A model generated the notes under the pieces. The model saw nothing but the letters and a program-made list of their open reading frames with translations. It did not search any database and was not told where the DNA came from. A stretch of 64,000 nt of DNA from Basidiobolus meristosporus CBS 931.73 (Eukaryota > Fungi > Basidiobolomycota), in contig MCFE01000329.1 of assembly GCA_002104905.1 (NCBI GenBank), forward strand, positions 29,995 through 93,994. The letters are read 5' to 3'. Shown one piece after another: positions 36,114-47,769 of this stretch (its first letter is position 1; every line of letters starts with the position of its first letter). The translations under genes and the position numbers were made by a program.

Positions 36114-37340
36114 ATGCCTTCCAACAGACAGAACCTTGGACTTAACGGTGAATACCAAAACGGTTTGACTGGCAGAAATCGTCAACAGAACTACCCTCGT
36201 TCTCGCTATGGCCGCCAATATGAGCAAGATGAGTATGATAATGAGTACGAGAGAGGTGTTTCTCGCAGAAATAACCAACGCAACTATCCCCGTTCTCGTT
36301 ATGGTCGTCAATATGAAGAAGACGAGCTAGATAACGAATACGAGAGAGGCATCTCCCCCAGGAATGGCCAACAAAACTACCCTCACTCTCGCTATGGTCG
36401 TCAATATGAGCAAGATGAGTACGACAACGAGTACGAGAGAGGACTCTCGGGACGGAATAGCCAACGTAACTATCCTCATTCTCGCTACGGCCGTCAATAT
36501 GAGCAAGATGAATATGACAATGGGTACGAGAGAGGTGTGTCTCGCAGAAATGGTCAACAGAGCTATCCTCGCTCTCGTTATGGTCGTCAATATGACCAAG
36601 ATGATGAATACGAGAGAGGACTTTCTGGCAGAAATGGACAGCGTAGCTACCCACGTTCTCGCTATGGTCGCCAATATGAGCAAGATGAGTACGATAATGA
36701 GTACGAGAGAGGAGTTTCTCGCAGAAATGGTCAACAGAACTACCCTCGTTCTCGCTATGGTCGTCAATACGACCAAGATGAGTATGATGATGAGTACGAG
36801 AGAGGACTTTACGGCAGAGATGGACAGCGTAGCTACCCTCGCTCTCGCTATGGTCGTCAATATGATCAAGATGAGTACGATAATGAGTATGAGAGAGGAG
36901 TTTCTCGCAGAAATGGTCAACAGAACTACCCTCGCTCTCGTTATGGTCGTCAATATGAGCAGGATGAGTATGATAATGAATACGGAAGAGGGCTTTCAGG
37001 TAGAAATGGCCAACGCAACTACCCCCGTTCCCGCTATGGTCGTCAATATGAACAAGATGATTACGACAATGAGTACGAGAGAGGGATTTCCCGCAGAAAT
37101 GGTCAACTAAATTACCCTCGTTCTCGCTACGGCCGTCAATTCGAGCAAGACGAGTATGACAATGAGTACGAGAGAGGACTCTCAGGACGGAATAACCAAC
37201 GCAACTATCCCCGTTCTCGCTACGGCCGTCAATACGAACAAGACGAGTATGACAACGAGTACGGGAATGATGTTTCGCGCAGAAATGGTCAACAAAACTA
37301 CCCCGGCTCTCGTTATGGTCGCCAAAATAACCAGTACTAA
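36114..37340 (+). CDS. Uncharacterised tandem-repeat protein: 12 full and 1 partial 31-aa Tyr/Arg/Gly/Gln/acidic repeats
   Basis: Unit NYPRSRYGRQYEQDEYDNEYERG(V/L)S(R/G)RNGQ(Q/R), 93 bp. Synonymous variation between units with a conserved peptide argues for protein-level selection. TATA box upstream, AATAAA near 37439. Confidence 0.85.
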   Translation: MPSNRQNLGLNGEYQNGLTGRNRQQNYPRSRYGRQYEQDEYDNEYERGVSRRNNQRNYPRSRYGRQYEEDELDNEYERGISPRNGQQNYPHSRYGRQYEQDEYDNEYERGLSGRNSQRNYPHSRYGRQYEQDEYDNGYERGVSRRNGQQSYPRSRYGRQYDQDDEYERGLSGRNGQRSYPRSRYGRQYEQDEYDNEYERGVSRRNGQQNYPRSRYGRQYDQDEYDDEYERGLYGRDGQRSYPRSRYGRQYDQDEYDNEYERGVSRRNGQQNYPRSRYGRQYEQDEYDNEYGRGLSGRNGQRNYPRSRYGRQYEQDDYDNEYERGISRRNGQLNYPRSRYGRQFEQDEYDNEYERGLSGRNNQRNYPRSRYGRQYEQDEYDNEYGNDVSRRNGQQNYPGSRYGRQNNQY

Positions 37341-38580
37341 AGCCGTTCCCAGGTTATTTATGAGGGGGAAGCCCCCATTCAACAGTAACGTAAGTTGATG
37401 TTCAAAATATGGACTGTATGTAAACAGCTCCCGTTTCAATAAAGATCACAAGTGATCTCAACTAGCTGGGTGTTCATGGCGCTAGTAGATAGGAATTCTT
37501 CATGAAGTGAAGATTGGGGTAGACAGAATTTCAAAAACGAAATACCATGGAATATGGTATGAAGTGAGATGCTGGTGTTATATACCAGGAAGATGGGGGT
37601 GTTTACCGCATTCAGACTTTATTTTACCACCGCTGGTGAGATTACAAAGTGGTAGAGGTCATTGAAACATCAGTCGTATCTAGGGATAATGTTATCAACA
37701 TGCCAGGATACAGAAACACTCACATTGTAATTCTTGCCACCACAGCAGATGGCTTTACTGTACGTCTTGGAAAAGAGTCCACTAAAACCGTTCACCTCCT
37801 TGAGTAGAGCCTGTACTGTAGAGTTCGCTTTGTCAGCCTTGGACACAACAACGTCGAAGCTGAACGGTTTCTCGTCGAAGCTACTTCTCCCGGTTCCTCC
37901 TTGGAGCACAGCGACAAGCTTCGATTCGGATAGGATATACATTTGAGCAGAGAATATTGCAAGTCCTTGTTGCAACGATGGTATATATAATGACAGTAGT
38001 GGGGACAGAGTCATGTGTATCAATTATGATTCGCCAGCTTTAACTGACGCTCAATACTGATAAGCAATATGGTTGGACAGAACCATCTTGCTATCGAATG
38101 ATTGATTGGCTGCTTTATAAGAGCGTCATCACAGTCAGGGCATCAGTCATACGACTTGTCAGTCATGTGTTCGTCTCAATAATTCAAGTATGAACTTCTC
38201 TGAAAGGATCCCAGGGTGATATTATCGTATTCGCGCTGAAGGTAGACGTTATTGGGCCAAGCGGGGTTCAATTATGTGATTCTGTCGGATTAAAATTGTG
38301 TCTTCTGATCGGCATTGTTTAGGTTTCATCCAATATTCATGGACATTTAGCACGAACTGAGATCGACAGGTTTAAAAAGTATACATGGTTGCTTCGACAC
38401 TGTTCATTATCAGGTCACCATTGATCCAAACCAACAATGCACAGCCAAATACTGAATATCCATCCAAAGGGTACCGTGATCTCTCACATCGAATGCCTAT
38501 TTATTAAGTACAAGAAAAGTGCCGTCATGGAGACAATAATAATAATACAAGAGACAATCTATTAAATGTCATGTTGATGA

Positions 38581-39372
38581 TTAACTATAGGATATATACC
38601 CTTTAACCCAACGAGTAAAGTCGTCGGGTTTACGTGTCTGCATGTACACTCTTCCGGGGCCCTTGAACCGGCAAACAAAGCCTTCACCAGTAGTTAGCGA
38701 TGCGATGAATCCGGATGCCTTCTCTATCTTGTAATCCATTGTTTCATCCCAAGCGACCAAATGTCCGTTATCGATGATAATCTCCTCACCACTTGGTAAA
38801 TCAATAGTATGGATGGCGCCGAGAGAGTACAGAAATAACACCCCTTCGCCCTCGGCTTTGATAGTAAACAGGCCCTCTCCCGAGAAGAATCCTTTGAAAA
38901 TCCCTTGGGATTTCACGCTTAGCTGAATCCCGTCCGTGTGGGCCAAGTACGAATGTTTACCAAAGATAACTGGACGGCCTTCCAAGTGGATTGGATAGAC
39001 ATCTCCAAGGATGGGCGGGGCAAGGAAGATGTAGCCATCAGCGTCGGCGGCTGCCATTGTTGTATACATCACGTCTCCCGAGGCGAATAGCATGAAGCCT
39101 CTTTTGAATTTACCTTCCAGCCGTATGGAGGGGGACATTGCAACCATAGAGCCACCCTTGGAGTTGATAAGATTGCCTTTGGGTAGATCCACACGCAGCA
39201 TAGTGTTCGTGTCACGGTATAGAACGGAGTAGGTGATCACTCCGCTTTGTCCATTGATACTTCTCCCTCTTTCCAGAGTTCTGGAATAGATCGGAGGCTC
39301 AGGGGACAGTTGACTAGATTCGCCAGAGGATGGCTGAGCGTCGTGCTTATTGTCTGGAGGATAATTGCTCAT
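38581..39372 (-). CDS. AIM24: AIM24/TIGR00266 (DUF124) family protein
   Basis: GSMVAMS, FFSGEGLF...GEGVLF...GAI, IIDNGHLVAW and TGEGFVCRFKGPGRVYMQTR motifs. Intronless. Confidence 0.85.
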   Translation of the reverse strand: MSNYPPDNKHDAQPSSGESSQLSPEPPIYSRTLERGRSINGQSGVITYSVLYRDTNTMLRVDLPKGNLINSKGGSMVAMSPSIRLEGKFKRGFMLFASGDVMYTTMAAADADGYIFLAPPILGDVYPIHLEGRPVIFGKHSYLAHTDGIQLSVKSQGIFKGFFSGEGLFTIKAEGEGVLFLYSLGAIHTIDLPSGEEIIIDNGHLVAWDETMDYKIEKASGFIASLTTGEGFVCRFKGPGRVYMQTRKPDDFTRWVKGYISYS

Positions 39373-40329
39373 CAGAAGGTTACTTGCATTTTCAAAACGG
39401 CAACCCGATTCCTTTTATCAATCAAACTTGGCGCATGTTTCAGGCCAATTCAGCGATGACCACCATTGCGGATGATCACATGCGCCAAATCAATGCTTAC
39501 TTACTGTATAGTGGTACTTACACAATTAAGCTTTTTGGCGATGGCAGGCTCTCGACTGCGGTGAGTCACCAAGTATTGAAATTGTGGATCATGGCACTAT
39601 GACAGATGGGGCCATTGGAGGAATTTACTTTCGTACCCGTTGGTTCTATTGCACATGCGATTTCCTCCAATTCGGAAGCCAAGAGAGATGAATTAAGCCA
39701 ATGGAAATACATGATACTCCATTGCGTGCTGACCATCGAAAAAGTTGTAGAAATGTTACGCTCGCTTACCAAAGAAGCAAAATGAATCATTCGAATCTTG
39801 TCGAATTGGCACTCCAAGCACGTAAACACAAGACCAGTCGTGTACCTTGATATCGGTAATCGATCATCGCTGAACAACTGGCTGATCACAGCTCTGTGCT
39901 GTCCAGACATCATGGCAAAGCGGTTAGGATGGAAAATATGAGTTGTCGGTATTAAATAAATAAACAGATCAGTGATGCTAGTACCGGCCTTGCCGAATCT
40001 CAGCACTGATAGCCCAATGCGAAGAAATCCGAAAACCAGATTTGCTGACAAAAAAACTTCTACAACGATTGTTGTTTGTTTGTCTTACAATGCCACACTT
40101 GCATACCCCTTTCGTGAATCAAGCCCACTTCTCCTAAAGAAATGATGCGCAAGATAGCGGCGTATTGAGTTCCTCCGAAATCATTTCCAATGGGATTCAG
40201 TTAATTGGTAACTTATACGGTGCCACCAAACCTGGGGCGCATACTGACTTTTTGAGCCTCGTCAACATTGGGGCTGGGTTGTATTGGTAGGTTCGTATAA
40301 AAAGTAGGTTGGCCAACTAGGGAGCTGCA

Positions 40330-42155
40330 ATGTGTCTCAAATACTGGACTTTGCATCTGCTCACTGTTGGAGAAGTGCTTTCTTTCGCTTCCTCCGTCTA
40401 TGGCCAAGCCGAGACAAGCCCTGAATTTTCCAGATATCGGTAAGTAAATCTTTTTGCATTTGGTAGTGAGTACTCACCAAGAGAGTCCTGCCCAGGCCAA
40501 GTTATCATTTCCAACCACCCAAGAACTGGATGAACGACCCCTGCGCACCGATGAAGACACCGGATGGAAAGTATCACCTCTTCTATCAATACAACCCGTA
40601 CGATGCGATTTGGGGAAACATGACCTGGGGACACGCATCCTCTTCAGATCTTATCCATTGGGAGGATGAGGTAAATGCTCTGGTACCTGACCAGGTCTAC
40701 GATCATCTTGGTATATTCTCGGGCAGTGGGATCACCAAGGGCTATCAGGGGAAGCCAACCATTGGGTATACGGCGGTGTCAAAACTTCCCATATCTTGGA
40801 AGATAGAGTACCCCCTGGATGCAGAGCAACAGGCCTTAGCATACACCAACGACAACGGTGCTACCTGGGAAAAGATTGGCATAGTTATATCCACGCCCCC
40901 TGAAGTTGCTAGAACAGGCTTCAGAGACCCGTATCTGTTTCGTAGTCCTACGTTCGACGCGTTATTATCCGGGAATAACTCAACATCAGAGTATGTATAT
41001 ATGACTCTCAGTGGAGGAACTAATGCCACCAAGAAAGGGGGTAGGTTATGGTTGTACAAGTCGCAAGATTGGATTGACTGGGAGCCACTACCGACTCCAT
41101 TCTACAGCGCGAGTGGAGATCAGCGCATTGGAAAATTTTCTGAGCACACGCTTGGTTACAACTGGGAGATGGCTAATTACTTTGTTTTAAGCGAAACACC
41201 GGCTGGCTCTCAGGAGGAATGGCACACAATCATCATCGGAGTAGAAGGAACAAGTGTTTACGATACAATCCGCTGGCCTGTATGGACCATGGGGCGCATC
41301 AAGTTGGCCGACGACAGCATCCAATTTGTGCCTGAAATAAGCGGGATTCTCGATAATGGTATTGATTATGCTGACAATTCGTTCTTCGACCCAACCACAC
41401 AGCAGCGAGTCTTGTGGGGTTGGGTCACCGAGGATGACTCGGACAATAAGGAGATCCGTGAAGCCCAAGGCTGGGCCGGTATGCTGACCGTACCCAGAGA
41501 AATATATCTTTTCCAGAAGCACGGGGTTCTCTTCACTAACCAGCTCTTGAATTTTACTGGAGGTCTCCATTTTGCTTGGGACGAAGTGCAGCACACAAAT
41601 GTAGTTTCAACGCTGGGGATCAGGCCAGCGAAGGAGTTGGAGCTGCTTAGAGATGCCGTTGAGGTGGAGATGCATGATATTGAAGTAGAGCAGACGAGAA
41701 GTTTTTACCATGTATCCTCCGGAAAACGTAACTACGAAATAAGTGCAGTCTTTGATTTCTCAAGAGATCCGACTGCTGAGGCTGGAATCACTGTGATGAG
41801 GTCAGAAGATGGCAGAGAGGAGACAGTAATCCTATATGATCCGGTGACCTCAAGGTTCACAATTGATCGTAGCAGGTCATCAATGAATCCGCTCTATTCG
41901 AATGCAACACAATGGGGAGAATTTCCACTTTTCCACACCGAGAACGGTCTTGAGAAATTGGAGCTAAGGGTGTTTGTTGATAATTCTGTTGTCGAAGTTT
42001 TCGCAAATGATCGATTTGCCCTCACCACTCGTATCTATCCTACACTCCACGATTCCACTCAGGTTGCTTTGACTCTAGCCCGCGGTAAAGGTGTTCGAGT
42101 CGACGCGTTTAGTTTGTGGCCTATTACAGACCGAGCCTTTCCTAATCGCAAGTAA
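40330..42155 (+). CDS. Secreted GH32 beta-fructofuranosidase/invertase, two exons (intron ~40440-40494)
   Basis: Exon 1 MCLKYWTLHLLTVGEVLSFASSVYGQ... splices to RPSYHFQPPKNWMNDP. Also WGHASS.DL.HW, FSGS, RDP, WEMAN and the C-terminal beta-sandwich LRVFVDNSVVEVFAN. TATA at ~40296. Confidence 0.92.
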
Positions 42156-42661
42156 TGCTCAGCCATCTCTAGTAATGTCGGGAACGGTACTCGTGTTCTA
42201 ATAGATGGATTTGAGTGCCCATTACCACATCTCATATGAGATCCTCACTGTGACTTCATTCATAAACACATTCATTAGACGCTTGCTTTCAACACTTCGA
42301 AATGTTCTTTGGCAGGATAATGCTCCAACCAGTGGTTTCTCCGACTAAATGGTCCGATCCAAGTCCTACCCAATAATATTAATGGCCACGAGGAGACTTT
42401 AAGCAATTTATATCATCCATTAATACAGTGAATAAGGTTACTCATGACACACTAGCTAAATAAGGTTATACATGACACACTCTCTAAATATGGTTCTCTC
42501 AGCGTATTACCAAAGCTTGGTCAGAGAATTCTACAACGAAATATCAAGGAAATTCCTTCGTCAATTACCAGTAAATATACTATCGCCCTCTCTCGCAATC
42601 AATGAGGGGTGACTCTGAAATAACATACCAGATGCAAATAGCAAAATCATTTGAATAGAGA

Positions 42662-44374
42662 TTAGGACTGTTCGAATCGTTCCATATCAGCTATTATCCT
42701 GTCCACAAAGGCTTCTACATTGATATCAAGCCAGTGAAAGTGCTTGAGACCTTTCCACCAGGCCTCGGGGATTCCCTTTTCGAGGCCAAATCGTGCCCCA
42801 AGTAAGGATCCAATGACTGCACAGTTGGTATCTGCATCACCTGCTTCGAGTGTAACTTGCTCCATAACGCCGCGGAAGAGACCCTGCGAGCCCTCATATT
42901 CCGGGATTTGCGTAGGCTTTGGGTCTGTTCGGCGCGTCACAGCAAAAACCCCGCTCCCGATACACTTGTAGGCGTAGCCCATGGTGTGAGAACACTCCAA
43001 GTCCAGCTGTTCAAGTTTCTCGGGAAAGCAGAAATCATTAAGGTCGTTCAACCACTGGTTTTGGGTACTTCCGTCGGCCTTTCGAGTTTCCTCTGCGGCT
43101 TCTGTCGGTTGCAGTCGACTGCCGTGGTCTTGAGGATTATAACGTTGGTTAACTTTGACAAATGTCGCCTGGGCACTTGGTGCTGGCACCAAATCAGTCT
43201 TCAAAAGAAGGAATGCGTAATCGTCAATGACTGAGTGAGAAAGCGCCATCATGGCATCATCCTTCCCAACTTCGTCTACACCAGCCCAACCGATATTGTC
43301 TCTCAGCTCTACATTGGGCCTGTTTTGGTTAGGCTCTGGCTTCTGCTCACCCCCAAAGCGACTAGAAAAGAAGTCCGTGATACTTTGTATAATGCCTTTT
43401 GAGCCTGCTATCTCTTGATGCGCTGATTTAGTAATATCCTTCGGTGCAAATTGGTCTTTTATCGTCGGCCCTTCATAAACAATCTTATTCTGATCTGAGC
43501 CTTGCCCTAGATATTGCAAGAGGTTTTGCCGATAGTCGGCGTCTTCAAGCTTTGGATTCCAGATACGAACATGGTCCGATGTTTGGTCTGTGCCACCACC
43601 TCGAAGTAATCGCGATATTAGGACTGATGATATGATTGCAGCTATCACTGAACGAGGGTCAGCGTGCGTAACCTTCGCTGCTGCCATAGTGTTGATAATC
43701 ACTTTGTCTTCATCCCAGAATGATTCAATGCCTAGGACTGAGGTTCGCATGACTGCTCCATTGGGCGCTAACGTACGTCCTCGCTTGTCCCAGACCTAAT
43801 ACCAAGGGATGGTAGGTGGAATTTTTAGTTGTGGTTTGATTTGATTAGATGACGAATAAATAAGTACCTCGTAGGCAGCCAAATGAGGGTTAGAGGCGAA
43901 CTCTGGATGCGACAGTACACTTCCCACAGTGTATCCGATTCCACGTGGAGGCGTTCCTAGTTCAGGCAATCCGATTTTTGACCATTCTTCGAGTCTCTGG
44001 GCAAAGAGAACCGGAGATAGGGAGCCGTCCTGGGTCTGCTGCAGTGTCTGTAATATGATTATCAGCTGGTCGGTGTCGTCGGTGAAATCGTTTCTGTCCC
44101 ACCGGTCACGGTGGCCATCTTCCCAGACAGGATAACCGCTTGTTTCCAGCCCAAACTGAATAGGCCCATTCCCATACTTTTCGGCCGCCCTTTTTTTGCT
44201 CATGAACTCAGTAGCTAGGCCATATGCATCCCCAATAGCATTGCCTGTGGTGAAGCGGAGTGAAGTCAGTCAGTAATACACAGCACCTTGCATTCCGTCA
44301 CAACACTTACCAAAAATGCAGCCTCTAATTCTGTCCCTAACCGAATCTCTGCTGAGCGTTGTTGCCTGTTTCAT
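42662..44374 (-). CDS. ADP-ribosylglycohydrolase (ARH/DraG family), three exons
   Basis: RDRIRGCIFG|NAIGDAYGLATEF, DFTDDTDQ, APNGAVMRT, THADPRS and GDADTNCAVIGSLLGARFG. Confidence 0.9.
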
Positions 44375-44622
44375 TCGTACAAGTCGCTAATGTGTTGTGG
44401 TATGAAGTAGAAAAGCCGAGGGTTGTTCTTGTCAAGCAGGGAACAATCCTTGGCTACAAAATTCATTAATTGAGAATTCCAGTCTCACTTATGCATACCG
44501 CAGCTTTGAGGCTTGGCAGTGAGTGACCCACGAAGTTCTGGATTTGTACGAGTTTATTAATAGTACATGATATCGCTTGAGTGTTGTTACTATGCGTCTT
44601 TGTGAAACGCATCGAAGCAAGA

Positions 44623-44755
44623 AATGAGTTCTTAATATATTGTTTCCCCTTTTTGCAATGAGTTCTTAATATATTGTTTCCCTTTTTGCAATGAGTTCTT
44701 AATATATTGTTTCCCCTTTTTGCAATGAGTTCTTAATATATTGTTTCCCCTTTTT
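44623..44755. repeat. Minisatellite, about 4 x 33-34 bp
   Basis: AATGAGTTCTTAATATATTGTTTCCC(C)TTTTTGC head-to-tail with no spacers. Confidence 0.95.
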
Positions 44756-45290
44756 CTCCAAGGATAAATCTAAGATTTGATAAGTGACATGTACTAGTGA
44801 GCAACATAGCTCTAGGTAGTGATATGACCGGAATAATAGGCATTGACAAGGCGTTGACAAGATTGAGAAATCATCTATATTGAAACGGCTCCTCACTAAC
44901 CCTCATTACTGTATCCAAGTGTTTGTTCAGGGATTGGATGATAATTTGGGGGAAATAGTATGTGAATAAAGATCAAGATAGCGTTGCCTCGGTCAATCTC
45001 TAACAACAAATCCATTGCCTTGAACACTAATAGCTCGTAATTACAGGGTCAAAGTAGGTGATGATTACCTAGGAACAATGTTTATCTAGATTCCCTTCAT
45101 GCCTGGGCGAGAGAGTATCGTAATACGAGACATCAACTTGACGAATATGAATTGGGATGTTGATCAATTTCGTACAAGTCCCTAGCCTATCCATAATAGT
45201 TCTGGTTTCAACATCCCTTTACAACAGCATTGTATAAATATACGTGCTTGAGCTACCGAGCTTCATTAAAATTCCTTCTGGGAAAGAAAA

Positions 45291-46093
45291 ATGAGAGCAT
45301 TTCTTTACTTGCTGGCCCCTGTACTCTGTCTCACTGGGATCATGGTCGATACTTTGCCGTTGTATGAGTTCAGCTCAGGTCTTGCAGGCTCAGTTACACG
45401 TCATAAATTCTTGAGGAATCGGAATCGCTTAATAAGCAATAACGGTGGCAACAATGGAAACTACAATAGTGGTGGTAACGACGGGAACCACGATACTGAT
45501 AATCCTAGTGACAACTACAAGACCGGAAACTCGAATGCTGGCAATCAAAATGAGAACTACAATACTGGTAATCCCAGTGGCAACCACAACACCGGAAACT
45601 CCAAAACTGGCAATCAAAGTGGGAACTACAATACTGATAATCGAAGCGGCAACTCCGATACTAGTGAGCAAAAAGGGAGCTACAACACTGGCAGCCAAAA
45701 TGGGAAAAACTAGTAATGGAAATAGTAATAGCACCAAGGACGACGGCCAGAGCAGTAACTCGAAGGGGAAACTACAATTTCATTTCAACAATGGGCAATG
45801 CACGGATATGCCCAACTGACAGGCTATCATGTGAAATGGCCCGGCGATGCGTCAATCTGGGTTTCTTCTGCTAGAAGCACTGCTGGATGGACCGTTTCCA
45901 ATCAACCCAAAGCGCCCTGCATCATTGTAATCCAGCCTGGAAATCAGGGCGTTGGCAGTACCGGTCATATTGCAGTAGTTGAGAGGATTGAATGCAGTAG
46001 TGAGGTGTACACTAGTAATTACAACTTCAACAGTGGCCCTTATGTAAAAACGTTAAGACAGGGACTGGGATCAACTTTGTGTGGCATACCTGA
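45291..46093 (+). pseudogene. Secreted Asn/Gly-rich linker plus CHAP (cysteine/histidine amidohydrolase) protein, three frameshifts
   Basis: Signal peptide and N/G repeats, then FNNGQCTD / YAQLTGYHVKWPGDA..W...A...GWTVS..P...IIVIQPG.QG...GHIAVVE...TSNYN / KTGTGINFVWHT*. Shifts at ~45707 (A5 run), ~45807 and ~46053. Confidence 0.8.
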
Positions 46094-46549
46094 TACTGAT
46101 ACTCCATGATATTAGCTGGCAAATAAGGTAATCATACAAAGTCTTCGAGTTCAACCTTATTGACTTCGTATTGCTAACCTTTCAGCATTGCCGAAGAGCT
46201 CAGCAGGACTTAGGGACATAGAGAGTCACACTATCCTAGGCTTGTCGCAAGATATCTTGAGGTAACTGGATTCTCCTAAAAGTAGTAGTTCACTTGGAGG
46301 TGATTCAGTATATTGCTTTCCACTAATCGAGTTATTGATAGCTTATTTGTACTTGCGTGTAGTCATAAAAATCAGCAAATTCAGAGACAGAGGCACGCTA
46401 CATATTATTAAATCAGTCAATCCAGAGACAGAAGCACGCTACATATTATTGAGGAGGAGAATTTCTCAAGCTAGTATCCAATAATGTCAGGGAGGAAAAA
46501 GTGATGGCGATTTATATGCACCGTTGTATCTGCCTCAACATCATGGTTT

Positions 46550-47540
46550 TTAATAGCAGACTGTAGGTGAGGCAGTGCAGCGCATGAAACTAAAATTGTT
46601 CTTTGTTTTGAATTCAATTTTCAAATCTCTTAAGTAATCTAATTTAAACTTAGTTTCTTGGGTAAGATTACACTGAATTAAATGAAGCTCTTCTGGAGAG
46701 AAGAGAAAACTGAGGGGTCTTGGGGAATCACAAATTGTAAATGATGCTTGTCTATACATATTGAATATTGCAGCAAAAGCCTGGAAACATGTTGTCAAGG
46801 AAAGGGGTATGAACTTTGAGGTAACTTTGCCAAAGTGCAAGTAAGGTGGTCAAGAGCCCCATCCTTAGACTTTTCTGCTTTCAGTAACTTTGTGGCTAGT
46901 TCAGTCACTGAAGGAGAGTTAGCAAGGATATGCCAACAGGAAGACTTGTGAGAGTGCTGCTAATAAAGCCATTGCTGAACTAGTGGGTTACTAGACTTCT
47001 GGTGCTTCACAAGGAAGGATGCTTGGAGGAGGATTATATGCATTTAATACAGGAAAAATCTTAAAATCCCATTTAGTGTATGCACATAGGGAGATTCAGG
47101 CAAATCAGGGACTAAGGCCCCTATACAATGATTGAGAAACTTATCTAAATAATGAAAATCATGAGTGGAGAGTGGAAAGAGGTGGACACCAACTAAATTA
47201 CCAGAAGTATATACTGCTTAGAAGAAGGGTGAGTTTTTGGACTAGGGTATCTGGACTTACAACAGTAAGAAGCTTATGTTGGGCCTGCCTTGCAATAGCA
47301 ATGCACTTTGACAAGTATAGCTTTTTATTGACCCCATGGAGACATAGAGGAAAACCAAGATATTGTGCAGTTTGCTTAGGCTTAATGGGTGCACCTTGAA
47401 TGGTAATTGAGCAGTCTAGAGGGATTATTTTCAGGATGGAAAGGCTAAGATGATTAGCTGACAAGTACTGCTCAATGATGAATGTATCTTCCATAGGACC
47501 CAATGAAAAATAATTTGTTCCTGTGGGTGAATACAATGCA
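46550..47540 (-). mobile_element. Degenerate non-LTR (LINE) RT C-terminal fragment
   Basis: ORF 47198-47536 contains ITIQGAPIKPKQTAQYLGFPL, resembling the late RT i.i.g..i....kYLG motif. The rest is riddled with stops. Confidence 0.45.
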
Positions 47541-47549
47541 GATCAACCC

Positions 47550-47760
47550 TAAGTGTCTCCATGTCCATTTCTGTGCCCAATATTTTCAACTCTTCCTGGC
47601 CATCCTCCACATGTCAACTCAACATATCCATGAGATAGTTGAAGGTAATATTCCTGATGCAATTGGGATATAGCAGTACTTGAGACTAGACCCTTCTTCC
47701 TATCTCCCCACACATCCACTCCATAGGAAACTTCCAAAAGGTGAAGCATGGTTCAATTGT
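47550..47760 (-). mobile_element. Short fragment of the CACTA-type transposase family
   Basis: Reverse complement aligns by eye to 54300-54450 (gtctcaagtact..atatcccaat..catcaggaat.ttaccttcaa...ggaagag.tg.aaaatattg.gcacaga). Confidence 0.55.
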
Positions 47761-47769
47761 TCTTCACAT

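Noticed and set aside
36114-37340. Repeat protein as a Kex2-processed peptide or dikaritin RiPP precursor
   Set aside because: There is no signal peptide, dibasic RR occurs in only about half the units, and no DUF3328 or other tailoring gene is nearby.
37670-38023. 117-aa ORF as a gene (also 39566-40051 and 30153-30533)
   Set aside because: No recognisable domain, splice support or promoter evidence.
44623-44755. 34-bp repeats as a CRISPR array
   Set aside because: The units are contiguous with no unique spacers, there are no cas genes, and the context is eukaryotic.
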